Positions 13,401-25,200 of a stretch of 64,000 nt of DNA are shown here, piece after piece. Below the pieces are notes generated by a model. The model made no database searches, had not been told where the DNA came from, and worked only from the letters and a program-made list of their open reading frames with translations. Source of the stretch: Catajapyx aquilonaris (lineage: Eukaryota). The first letter of the stretch is position 1; every line of letters starts with the position of its first letter. The DNA lies in contig KZ538036.1 of NCBI GenBank assembly GCA_000934665.2, positions 62,001-126,000 of the forward strand, in the 5' to 3' direction. A program made the position numbers and the translations under genes.

Positions 13401-15160
13401 CAACTTCTGAATGACGCTGTCAAATTACAGCCCCTTATTCTATAGGTAACGGATTTCTTAGAGTGAACAGACACGCCCCCACGGGCGAACCAATGGGGTC
13501 GCCTGTATGACCGTGCGTCACAGTGAGGTTGCCAGGTGAAATACATAAATGTAATTAACATGTGTATTTTAAAAAGGAATTCGACCGATATCAATTATTT
13601 GGTGCTGACATAATTTATGAACACTAAAGCATTATTTAGAATAGCGTAATAGAAAAATTAAAATCAGCAACCTTGCCACATGGGGACTACTTTCAAGGTG
13701 AGAGACAAAAGAGCATCGGGATCCGTGCCCGCGTAATTTCGAAGCATTGTTCGAATCCAAGGCAACGGTGTTCGAATCTCTTCTTTTCACTTCTTTTCGG
13801 CGCGCATAAGCACCATCGGAATAAGTTGTCCGGCTCTGGCGGAGAGATACCCATGTACATGTTGTCATGGTGCCAAAGTGGTGGGGGAGGGAGGAGAGAA
13901 GTTTGTTTGGGGGCGGGGACATGGGCCCAGCAGTTCACTCTAAGAAATCCATTGCCTTTATATCGGGCCAATATGATAATTACTTTTTTTGTAATCAGGG
14001 CAGTAGGGCAACTTGGACAATAAATGGCATAAATTGGTATCAATTGACAAAACGCATTCAGACAGATTCAGCATTATCGCAATAGAAAAATTACGGTTTA
14101 AAAGACAGCAAATGTTTATGACCTCCACAGAAAGCGATTTGCCCTTTTCTAGATATGATGCAACAAATTATGGATGCAACATTAATGTATTTATTACACA
14201 AGGTCAAGCAGACCTTGACTTCTCTGGTTAATTTTGAAGCCTTAAAAAATATGCTATGAACTTTTCTGAAATGTGACCTATATTTCCCCTGGTGATGCAA
14301 GCTATAAAGAAATACTTCCACACTGCCACTCCTTAGTGAAGGCCATTCATAGGATGTGATTAGTACAGGATACCGAAGCTGACATTATTGGCAAATCAAA
14401 TGCTACATTTCCATGAGTACTTCCTGCCAATTATGCGGTCCGTACATGACCTGAATTCAGTGCATTTCCTCGTCTCCTCCGTAATAAAATGCACGAGCGT
14501 ACCAAGCTTCCTATATCATTACATCCGCAAATCTGCAAGATGAGTACTTTCAAATTGCAAGCAACAAAAGCAGCATTGACCTCCAGCTATTTCTGCCATG
14601 TCTACATTGTATACACATGCCGTTCGAGTTAGATTTTCCAGCTCATTACTCATTTCTGTCATTGCCAATTCTGAAAGTAGGCAATACTAACTTAAGCCCT
14701 GCTAAATTTAGCACGTGGAATATTACCTCCTGGTATGACTCAAGTGACCATTAATACATTAATAGGTATACAACAAACTAGACGAAACTAGCAACATGTC
14801 TACACTTTGTAATAAACGTCAGGTGTTGCCATATAAACTCTACATTGACGTTACATAATTTTACTTCCTAAAGCCTCTCCTTCAGACACACTGTTATTAA
14901 TTACTATCAGCGGTTTATATCAGTCTGACATACGCTGCGTGAGACCCGAAATCCTGTGATGTAAGGATTTCATCTAGTCTGCACTTCTGGGCAACCAGCA
15001 ACATTATCACGACCTTCCTCCTACATATTGATTTGATCCTAACGCTTCAAAAATCTTGCATGTCCTATTCTAACGTATCAGTAGGTTAATTAAGAAACTG
15101 CAGTATTCCCCAGACTCACCGCAGCATCCTCCTAAACAACCTCATCAATGCGTCCACCAT
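10469..15160 (-). CDS. MOB2: MOB kinase activator-like 2. Exons 15160-15120 (probable first), 12231-12068, 11993-11897, 11820-11696, 10878-10469.
   Basis: KARRKEKE, KLYLEEAVLERKLPDTDLRLLVDLPPGLDYNEWLASH, TYLWFDEKGKKTKVAAPQYIDYVMTF, FPTKYANEFPSSFESIVKK. Splice phases are consistent; the first exon is less certain. Confidence 0.9.
13430..13968. mobile_element. Probable non-autonomous TIR element in a MOB2 intron
   Basis: Inverted pair ggatttcttagagtgaac (13451-13468) / gttcactctaagaaatcc (13933-13950) with further imperfect flanking complementarity. Confidence 0.45.
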
Positions 15161-15428
15161 GGCTCTGCTTACGACGCCACCTGAACTCAAAATGCAAGCC
15201 TGCGCCAACGTCTGACAAGGTATATGCGACTTTATCACCTTCTCACCCACCATACAAAAGCTATACCCTTACGTTCCGGTGATGCAACATCAAAATCACC
15301 TGTTATCACCAAGATAAGCCCACCTCAACGGAAGCGAAGCGCAAACAACGTGACGTCCATTCTCCCCCGTCTACCAGGTGTTATGTGGCGGACAATCGGG
15401 TTAATAATTGGCGATGTGTCCTGCCGTT

Positions 15429-16279
15429 GAGGGGGCCAGTCACTTATGAAGTCCACACACCGAGACCGAAGTCTGTGAAGTCCGTCGTACACTATAGTGT
15501 CAAGCAACTAACCCCTCGCCTTGGGCAGAATTCAACCAGACTTCGGTCTCAGTGTACGAAGGAGTTAATAAGTGGGATTAAACACTAATAGTGTTTGACG
15601 GACTTCACGGACTTCAATCTGCTTCAGTCGTACTTTGTCCAGACTTCACCTGGACTTCCGTCTGACTTCAGTCTCGGTGTATGAAACCCCTCAATACTAG
15701 CTGAAGTCCATCCGAAGTCCTTCACTCCGCTTTGACAGTTGTATTTCCTGAACTTTGTCTGGACTTCCGTCCAACTTTAGGCATGGTGTACGAAAGCCCT
15801 CGATTCTAACAGAAGTCCAGCTAAAGTCTGACCAAAGTCCCCCAGTCCTCTTCAGTTGTACTTCCTTGTCCGGTCTTCAACTGGACTTCTGTCGCACTTC
15901 AACCGGATTTTAGTGATGGTGTACGAAAGCCCTCGATTCTAACGGAAGTCCAGTTGAATTCCGACTGAAGTCTGGACAAAGATCATGAAGTCCGACTTAA
16001 GTCCTTAGGGCCGAATTCAGAGAGGTTGCTTAACGTAAACGCGCCCGATTAAATCCTTTAGTCATCCTCGATGAGCAAATTTAAAAGTGCTAGCAAGTGC
16101 GATTAGGGGGCATTTAGCGCTAATCGCCGTCTTTGTATTAGCAGGTTGGTTAAATTTGCTAATCGAGGATGACTCAAAGATTTAATCGGGCGCGTTTACG
16201 TTAAGCAACCTCTCTGAATTCGGCCCTTAAAGTCCAGTCGAAGTCCGTCATACAGTATATATCAAGTGACTAGCCCCTC
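15429..16279. mobile_element. Non-autonomous TIR element rich in gaagtcc/ggacttc subrepeats
   Basis: Ends gagggggccagtcactt / aagtgactagcccctc are imperfect inverted repeats. Many short motifs occur in both orientations. Confidence 0.55.
16008..16226. mobile_element. PIF/Harbinger (Tourist-like) MITE nested in the preceding element
   Basis: About 75-bp near-perfect TIRs starting gggccgaattcagagagg, with a 3-bp TTA TSD on both sides. Confidence 0.85.
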
Positions 16280-17105
16280 GTCTGCCGTCCCCGGCCGTCC
16301 CTAAGAACTATTCCATTGGCAATGTCAGACGTACCTGTACGCAGCGATAAAAGCGTTATGCATGACCATTATCTTCTCCCCCTAATTTTGTGTAAATGAC
16401 CTGTTAACTTGCCCCATGCAAATGCTGAGTGTATTATTACCCCATAAACCAGTCGACAGTGTCGCGAAGGTACTCCGGTAACTTATCCAGCTTGGCTCCC
16501 TTGATCGAGTGACCGTCCTTTTGGGGAGCAAACCTCAGCCTTCTTCTTCTTCTTCTTCCTTCTCCTCCTCCTCCTCTTCTTTCTTTTCCTTCAGCTCAAC
16601 AGCCACCTGAACCCCCCCAAATCTTCAGGGCTCCAGATTCGCCTTGGGTAACATCACTCCTGCCCCCTTCTGTTTCTTTCTCCTCCAAACAAGGTCGAGG
16701 GGAGAGAGAATACGTCCCGAGTGTTCCTCTCTGTAGTTGTGTTTTCCCCCACCTTCAGAACTACGAAGCAGTGTTGATGATGGCGGAGTGTGTTGTTGTG
16801 TACACCTTTCGAGAGAGAGAGAGAAGGAGAGAGAAGAGAGATCCTCACTTTTCCAACATGGCTGCCCACTTTTTCAGAACATCTCTCCTTCCGGATGCCC
16901 ACAATGCAACGGGGCACACAAATTGAGGAGGGGGAGGGGAGGTGAGGTGGTGGAGGAGGTGGAGGAGGGATGGAAGAGAGGAAAAACAAAAGACTGTCTG
17001 GAATCAGCTGATGAGAACAGGGTTGGAAATAACCACCGAATAATCCTGCCCCGAACTTATTTCCAAGCTTGCCCTCTTCCAAAAAAAAAAAAAAAACATG
17101 CGGTG

Positions 17106-17445
17106 GTATACCCAGCAGGACGATCCCTATAACATGTGTATAAGGAATCAGCTGATTGAAGTGCAGGGTTGGAAATACCAACAGTGTCCTCGAACTTATT
17201 TCAAAAAGGATGGGTACGTATACGACGGGAAAAAGGTGGTATCCCCAGCAGGATATTCCCTACACATTTTATTATATATAATTATATATTTTTTGCTTAC
17301 TTATTGAAGTGAAACAGTACGAAGTCAGTACAAATAGTGCTATATCCAGCAGGATATTCCCTACATTTTTTTGGCATATTTATTGAAGTGAAACAGTGCG
17401 AAGTCAGTACAAATATTGTGCTACATCCAGCAGGATATTCCCTAC
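17106..17445. repeat. Dispersed/tandem degenerate repeats
   Basis: atccagcaggatattccctac-like motif 4 times; ttattgaagtgaaacagt..gaagtcagtacaaata twice. Confidence 0.6.
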
Positions 17446-18602
17446 GTGTTTTGTTGAGATGGAACGGTACTGTTTACACCCAATTGAGCATGATTACAGC
17501 GCGGGCCAATGGGGAGGCCCTTTTTGCCTCCTGCAGCCTAGGATGACCTCGGCAGTCAAGTCCAATGTGCTTATGACCTTCCCAGTAAAAAACTACCCCT
17601 AATCATTCCCTTGGGGGCATACGTCGAGGCCTCCGTATGGATTTGCATCGACAACAGACATATACGTCGAGAAATATGGATTAGATCCGAGCTATCTTTT
17701 TGAAAAAAAAATAAAAAAACTTTTCGTTGTTGACAACAATGGTTGCTACAGCCAATTATTGTTATAACCGAGGTTCCAAGTGGGCTCGGGTGAAACTGGC
17801 CCCTAATTTCATTTATTTAGGGTCCAGCGATGAAACCTGTGAATGGGTCAAATTAAGGGACTTGTTTTCATTAGTGATAACCTTTTTATTTCCGACAAAT
17901 TTCAGTGGCAGATTTATTTGCATTTTATTTTATTTTTTTGGTCAGGTCAATTCCAGAGTGGGGGTGGGTGGGAGGAGCAGTTTTTTTGTTTTAAAAAAAG
18001 GTCATAATCTGCCACCAAATGTAAATGAATCAACATAAATCATGGTGAATTAAGTTATGATTTTTGTCCTATGCAATGTTTTTTTTTTCCTCTTCTTCTT
18101 CCACGGTTTGTAAAAGTTTGCATCTACGCCACACACGTAACAAAAATCGTACAAAACCACTGCTTTAAACTCGACCCCTTCACAAAACCACGGCTTCTCT
18201 TTTTTAAAACAGGGTTTTTTTTTCTCCCAAACATTCCAATAATAATAATTACCAGTCAAGTTACAAAAAAAACATACAATAAAACACGATACAATTATTA
18301 TGAAACCTCTCATTTACCGTTGCACATGATCTGCTTTTTTTTATTATTACTCCACTATCATGCATTTGGTGATGTGTCGAAATAAATGGCGGGGGTGAAA
18401 TTTGCTCCTTCGAAGAAACACAAACAATGGAAAATTTGAGAAACTGCTACTTCTTTTTAAAAATGAAACGGAGGGGAAAAAAAAGAGGGTCTACATTGTG
18501 CATCTATGTATGAAGCCCACCCTCCCGAAAAATACGTCCTTACCATGATTAAATTCACTTGCTGTTATTTTACTCGTGTGGTTGTTGCATTTTTTTAAAA
18601 AG

Positions 18603-21600
18603 TTAAGCTTCCCCTTCCTCCTCTTCCTCAGATTCAGCTTCTTCCAGCCATGTTAGCCATTGATTTACCTGGAAAAAAAATAAATCATAGAAATGGTTTC
18701 AATCATGTCAAAGAGTAAATAAAAGTGAATGTAAAATATACTCGTACATACATGTTCACATAAAATGTAAAATACAAGTAAACGTTAATGTGAAACGTAC
18801 ATAAACATGAACGTAACATGTAAAATATGCGAAAATGTGAACGTAAAATTTAAATATGTAAACATGAACGTAAAATGCAACTTACGTAAAAATTAACGTA
18901 ACGCATACGAAAACATGAATGCAAAATTTTTAAACATGTAAACGCGAACGTAAAATATATACGTAAACATATGTAACTGTGAACGTAAAATGTAAAATAT
19001 ACGTGAACGGAAAATTTAAACAAATGCAATCATTAATGTAAAAGTGAATGTTAAAAAGTATGTAAACATGAACTTAAAAAGTAAATAAATGTCACTCCAG
19101 TTTCTAACCTGAAACAAGGCCTTTCCCTTTCCGGGATAGTCGTCAGTGATGTCCTCCTTCCACTTCAGGAAGGCCTCCTCCTCAATGACCTCCAGGTCGT
19201 AGAGGTTGACGAACCACCTGAGCAGCATGCCTTTGGGGAAATGCAGGGAGTAGCAGTACACCTGCAGGGCGTAGACGGCAACCACCTGCAGTTCATGGTG
19301 GTCGTGCAGGAATGCCTGGAGCACTGGCTTGAACTTCTCCAGCAGGTCTTTCTCCTTCTCCAGGGCCGCTTTCTCCGGGAGGCTGTTGGAATCTGAGCCT
19401 TCCATCAGAGTTGTCTCCTGCGAATGACACGACTTGTTAAAAAGAACTGCTTCTGAATTCGTTTGAAGTCGACCAACCTGTGAGATGAACTTGACAAGAA
19501 CGGTAACAAGGGCATTGACAAATCCAAGTGCGGTGTGGTGCTCGGGTTCCAAGTTCTCTTTGATCCACTTGTAGAACTGCGTGGGGCTTGGGTCTGCCTG
19601 CAGCTGCTTCCACAGCTCTGACTGAATGCGTAGTAGCGGGAACAGGAAGCTGAGGCCCCTGTCCTCCAGGATCTCTGCCAGACGCTCCTTTGTGCGGTCC
19701 ATCTCTGGGAGGGTGTTCAGGAGGTTCACCTGAAAGAATGTGGACAATGAGAGTCACGCAACACGGTTCAGAGTAAGCAACACTAACCTTGCTGTCAGAG
19801 AATTGCTTGAAGAGGGAGGTCTTTCCATTGATGCGGTGCAGGTGCTGCAGAGTGAGCAGGAAGAGTGGGTAGTGACGCTCCGACTCCATGGGTTCGGCTA
19901 TCTCGGCCAGCGTGGCCAACTCCTCAGCCATGGCACGGGCAGCAAACCCGGCCACGTAGGACTTGACACGGGGAATGTCCCTCTCCAATTCCGACATCTC
20001 CCCCAGGAGTGTCTTGAATGACTCCACGAACTGCATAGGGGAGATCTGGGTATCCTTGCGCAATTGGGACATCAGCTGGGAAGCCAGCTCGCGGTCACTC
20101 TCTGCAAAGACGATGTATGTTAGTGCGATGCAACGATACTTACGACAAATGCTTGTACTAACCACTCCTGTCAAGCGTCTTGCTCATGATGAAGGTGAGC
20201 ACATCTGGTATGAGCCTCTCAGGAACCTTGAGCTCCCGGAAGTAGGTGAGGGATTCCTCTGGGTTCTTATTGTTGAGGTGTTCCTCCAGCATGTTCTCGC
20301 TCTTCTTCAGCACCTCCTCCTTTGTGGGCCCCTTGTCCTTGGCCCTTGCCGCCTTCGACTTGTCCAAGCTGGCCTGCTTGATGAGAATCGGAGCCTCCTT
20401 CTGCATCATGACTGCTGATGGCAATGGTTTCTGGTTGGGGATAACGGGCTGGGGTGGGGGAGGAAGGAGTGGATCCTGGTGGTGCTGCTGCCCTCCTCCC
20501 GAGTGGTGGTGTTGCTGCTGCTGGGCCCCTCCGCCTTGCCCTCCTCCTATGGCTGACTTGGGCAGAGCAGAAGGGGTTTTGGGTTTGAGCATCATGGAGT
20601 TGGCCGAAGGACGGAGGGACACCTCCTCATTGTTAGACTGAGACTGCTGCTGGGCCATCATCATCTTCTTGAAACGTGGCGGTAGGTTCACTGCAGGAAA
20701 CAAACATGGTTGTACTGTAGTGGATGCGACAACTGCGGCCGAGTCTACTTACCATTATTAAGGTTCTGCTGCTGGTTGAGCTGGTTCTGCATGCTCTGCT
20801 TGTTGTTCTGCGTGGATGCAAACTGCCTGGAGGTGAAGAGGGGCTGTTGTACCTGGTATCCTTGCCTGGCCCTGTACCCTCCTCCGCCTCCTCCACCTCC
20901 CTGACCAGCGGCTCCTCCGCCTCCGGTTCCCCCGCCACTACCTGGGAACCCGTTGGAGTCGAAGCCGAGCTTGTCTTGTGTTGGGATGACCCCAGGTCCA
21001 GTGCCCAGGGTGGCAGCTCCCATTGGCAAGGAGCCAAATACGTCGTCCATGCCACCCCGACCAGACTTGTTAGCCATCCGAGAGAAGAAGCCAGGCATTC
21101 CGGCCAAGGCGTTCATCCCCAATCCACCCCCACCTCCACCGCCCCCACCCAACATAACCCCTCCACCCATCCCACCCACTCCAATGCGAGGACCCATGAT
21201 TCCGCCGGGAGGGGGGATGTAAACGCCCACATCCCTCGCTGCATCTTCACGAATCTGCAACGGCAAGACAACTCATCAGATGACGATCTGAATACAAACA
21301 GTTCCAAGTAGTTACCTGCTGAATGGTCCTGGGTCCCTCTGTGCTGGCCACCTTCCTAGGCACCCACTTGTTCTCCCTGAGCTCGGTGACATCCTGCAGC
21401 ATAAAACGTATGCGCGAGGGTAGCTCCGGGTTGGCAGCCAGGATGCGCATGCGATCAAAGTACTGATCCATGAGGCTCTTGGCCTTATCCGAGTCCAAAA
21501 TGCGCCCGCACGTCTTCATTATCTGACTGAGGCATTCCAGGTCCTCAGCCATGTCTCGAATTCCTCCCCGCTTGCGTTTCTTTTCCAAAAGCTCCTGGCA

Positions 21601-22518
21601 GCATTTGTGCAAGATAGCCTCATGCAACATCTCCAACTTGCCCAACTCCCCGATGAACTGTAAGTAGCAAATGTGTTAAGACGCGACTGATTTGATCACC
21701 GTTTCCAATGTAACGCACCTTGACGTTTCCCAACATCTTCCTTTTGGCCAGCTGCCTCTGCTCCTCCTCCTCTGGAGTGAGCGGTCCATCCCTGCTATCG
21801 TAGAACTCTGTTGCCTTGGATCTGTTCTCAAATTCGTCCCTGCACTTGTTCAGGAGAAGGCGGCGGAAGGAGCAAGGGCCAAAGTCTGGGGGATCAAAGT
21901 TGGGCGCCTCTTCTGACAGCCGTTTGCACAGCTGTGCATACATAAAACTGTACTTGGGCTCATCAAGGGCCTTTTCGAAGATCTGCAAAAATATAACACG
22001 AACAATAATTTAGAAACCCTTAAAGGGGCGCCTCTTGTGTGACGAATGACAAGAATTACTCACCAGTAAGATTACTCCCTTCAGAACAACTGTTGAGTCG
22101 AGACCGATGTTTAAGAGGTCATCGCTCAGCTTCTGAAACTTCTCCGGGGTGAGCTTGTTGAGAATTCCACGGACCTACACCATAAATCGCAATTATTTTA
22201 TGAACTGTCATGCCAAATTTGATACGGAGACCTTGTTATCATTGCCATCCACCTCTGAAACTTTCAAATGAAGGGAAGGCGCTCACCTTACGAAAGATGG
22301 AGTCGTTGTTACCGCCGTCATGGGGAAGTGCATCTCGTCTAAGCGTTGGAGGTATCCATCTGCGCTTGCTTGTGGGCAGGGAACGGGGATCGTCCCTAGA
22401 GAAGGTTCATAGAGGTTAGTTACGCAGTAAATCGCGGCTGGGGGAAAATGTGAAAAAACGAAACCAACCTTCCTCCCGAGTTACGAGAAGCACCCCCCGG
22501 TCCTCTCTGCCCGTCCGT
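18603..22518 (-). CDS. EIF4G2: eIF4G2 / NAT1 / DAP5 / p97 with predicted non-AUG (ACG) start. Exons 22518-22469, 22395-22287, 22174-22064, 21982-21719, 21657-21316, 21254-20753, 20690-20163, 20101-19788, 19729-19478, 19417-19109, 18668-18603.
   Basis: GGASR, RWIPP, IFRKVRGILNKLTPEKF (MIF4G), MA3 region and W2 end GKGKALFQVNQWLTWLEEAESEEE. No eIF4E-binding N-terminal region. Confidence 0.95.
18720..19085. repeat. Degenerate AT-rich tandem repeat in the last NAT1 intron
   Basis: Recurring tgaacgtaaaatgtaaaatat-like units. Confidence 0.6.
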
Positions 22519-23126
22519 TGTTGAGTTCTTGATCAACCCCTCACAAATAAGTTAACTCAAGAAGTGTTTGTATGCCCAACTGGAAAGAAACAACAGTTAC
22601 CATTTAGCAACACGATTAAGCTCGGTCTGGTGAGAAACATGCCCTATCAACCTTCCAACCTCTGATAACAATCATGTGGAAATAGGTTACTGCCCATCTT
22701 GAACAGCCGTGATGACAGATATTTGACAATATGACGATCAACAGGAAATATCTTCCGCGCTCATGTTTGCTCAATGATAATTCAGATGCGCTTCTGTTCG
22801 ATAACACACGACTTTGGTCCTTAGGCCTGTACTACACCGGCAACATTTCCTCACAAGACGTGGACATTTCCTGGGAATTTTTCGCATCTGCCCAATTTTG
22901 GTCAACTGCTATACAAAATATTGTTTTGTAACCAACAGCAAAATATAATTTGTAGACAACAGCACAATATAGTCATTGTAACTAACAGCAATGTCTTGTA
23001 GCCAATAAAAAAAGTTATGTAGCCAACATAAAAATGAGGCCCTTTGTCCCATTTACACCTCCCGTGGCACTGACCTGAGCACATTTTATATGTAAAATGC
23101 CCTCACTTCACACGGAATGTAATCAT

Positions 23127-23560
23127 GTCAAACAAAGGCTACGACTCATGACAAAGGATATCCCGCATATGATCCTGACATCTTTCTTCTTATAATATCA
23201 ACTTATATTGGACTTAATTTTTTGTTATTATCTGAGCATGTCAACACCAAATTATGCACAACGAGGTCCTATTAATGAATTAATCAGGTCAAACAATGCT
23301 ACGACTCAGGACAAAGGATATCCTGCACACGATCCTGACATCTTTCTACTAGTTAAAAAATTATCTGAGCATATCGCTTCCAATGAGGCTTTAGGCCACT
23401 CCAACAGGACCCTATTAATGAATTAATTAAGTCAAACAAGGCTACGACTCAGGACAAAGGATTTCTTGACATCTCGTACTATTTAAATATTTTGTTATTA
23501 CCTCAGCGCCACACCCTAATGAGGCATTAGGCCTCTTCAATGGGGTCCGATTAATTAAAA
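23127..23560. repeat. About 150-bp degenerate direct repeat, 3 copies
   Basis: gtcaaacaa..gctacgactcaggacaaaggata near 23127, 23288 and 23431. Confidence 0.65.
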
Positions 23561-24253
23561 TGATCATATCATCCCCCAAAAACAGGCACATAAAATGGCA
23601 ACTTCAAAAATCCACCAACATGGCACTAGGCCTGATCAAATTTGGCCATACCTAACGAGGTTTCATGACCTTTCACATTTTTAAAAAATAAGAATTATTT
23701 CCGTTACATGCGTTGCCCGTACACACGTGCGTAAAAACCTCTTTTTTTCACACAAAGACAATCCCAGGGCGTGGTTTTCCACACTAGGCCCCGCACACCC
23801 AACACACCTTACTCTCTTCACTCTTCAGTTCCCCATGGTGTCTGCCCCTGGGGCACAAAAGTCCAAGTAAATGTCCCAAAAAAATTAAACACAAGGGTCG
23901 CCCCTAGTCCCAACTAGTGTCCCACAAGTGCTCCGGACCAGCGTCCCAAGCCAAAAAGGAAGGATCGGGACACAACGGCTGACTTTGGCCTCGTTTCGAG
24001 CACTAAAAACCACCCCCTACCACAACCCACCCCACTTAATTTTCTCTTTTTTTTTTTTTTCCTCAATTTTTCCCTACAAACCCCCGGGGTGCGTCTTCGT
24101 GCACACTACGTCCCATAGTACACTACAATCTCATAGCAGGAATATAGGTAGCTAACAGCTACTCACTAGGTACAACAAGCTAGTACGTACGTGCAAACGG
24201 TACAGTACACACTAACATGTACTCAGCACAGCAACACAATGCGATACCGACCA

Positions 24254-24345
24254 CTACGTATGGTCAACGACCTTGGCTACACCAGCCGCCATTTTGGAAC
24301 ACCAGGCTACAAAGACGCACCCAGCATCCCCCCGATGTGACGTCA
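24254..24345 (-). promoter_or_regulatory. Putative NAT1 promoter/leader with CRE, YY1/TISU-like motif and uORF
   Basis: tgacgtca at 24338-24345. The minus strand reads caaaATGGCGGC with ATG at 24292, opening MAAGVAKVVDHT*. Confidence 0.5.
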
Positions 24346-24699
24346 CAATGACTTCAGTGCATTCCATGGAACGTTCTTTTTTTTTTTCCAACTCAAAAAC
24401 CTTTTGTGTTATGGCGGATGAGTGGAATGGACTTTTGAATGCACGTGGCGAATCTTTTTTCCGACTCTGGGCATATAGAACGTTGACCCCCCCCCTTGTA
24501 CTGCATCCTTCTCCCGAAAAATGTGAGGGTCAAAAAGGAATGCGGGCCTCTTTTTTTTTTGGGTGGCTTGCTCAAGGTCATCCGCCTTTACACAGGAGGC
24601 TACAGAGGCATGACTTCCTCGCAGGAAGTTTGAGTAAGGAAGAAAAGAAAAGAAAAAATGGGATTGAAAAACATGTACCGTACTAACTGTTGGTATTAC

Positions 24700-25200
24700 A
24701 CTTTGGAGGATGCCAAGGAAAGTACCGAATTTTAAGGATAGCAAGGAAGGTACAGAATTTGAGGACACCAATGGAATAAGTACGAACAAAAGGAGGATAG
24801 CAAGGACAGTACGAAAATTTAAGGATAGCAAAGGTCAGTAGAAAGATTTAAGGACACCAAGGAAAGTACAAGCAAAAATTTTAAGGCGGATAGCAAGGAA
24901 AGTATGAAGAACACAAGGAAAGCACAAAATTTACAGATACCACCTTGATACCACGGAAAGAACAAAATGTACGGATACGAAGGCAAGAACAAAATGTACG
25001 GATACGAAGGCAAGAACAAAAAGAATACTAAGGAACATACAAAATTTAAGGATACCAAATAAAGTACAAAATGTACGGATACATGGAAAGACCAAAAAGG
25101 GGATACCAAGGAACATACAAAATTTACGGATACGACGGAAAGAACAAAATTTAAGGGCACTATGGAAAATACTGTACAAAAGGATCCTTTCAAAGAATGA
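24700..25200. repeat. Degenerate about 28-30 bp purine-rich tandem repeat
   Basis: Repeated aaggaaagtacaaaatttaaggatacc variants. Confidence 0.7.

Noticed and set aside
16480..17181. Glu-rich or Pro-rich ORFs between MOB2 and NAT1
   Set aside because: Low-complexity purine/pyrimidine tracts with early stops and no consistent splice sites.
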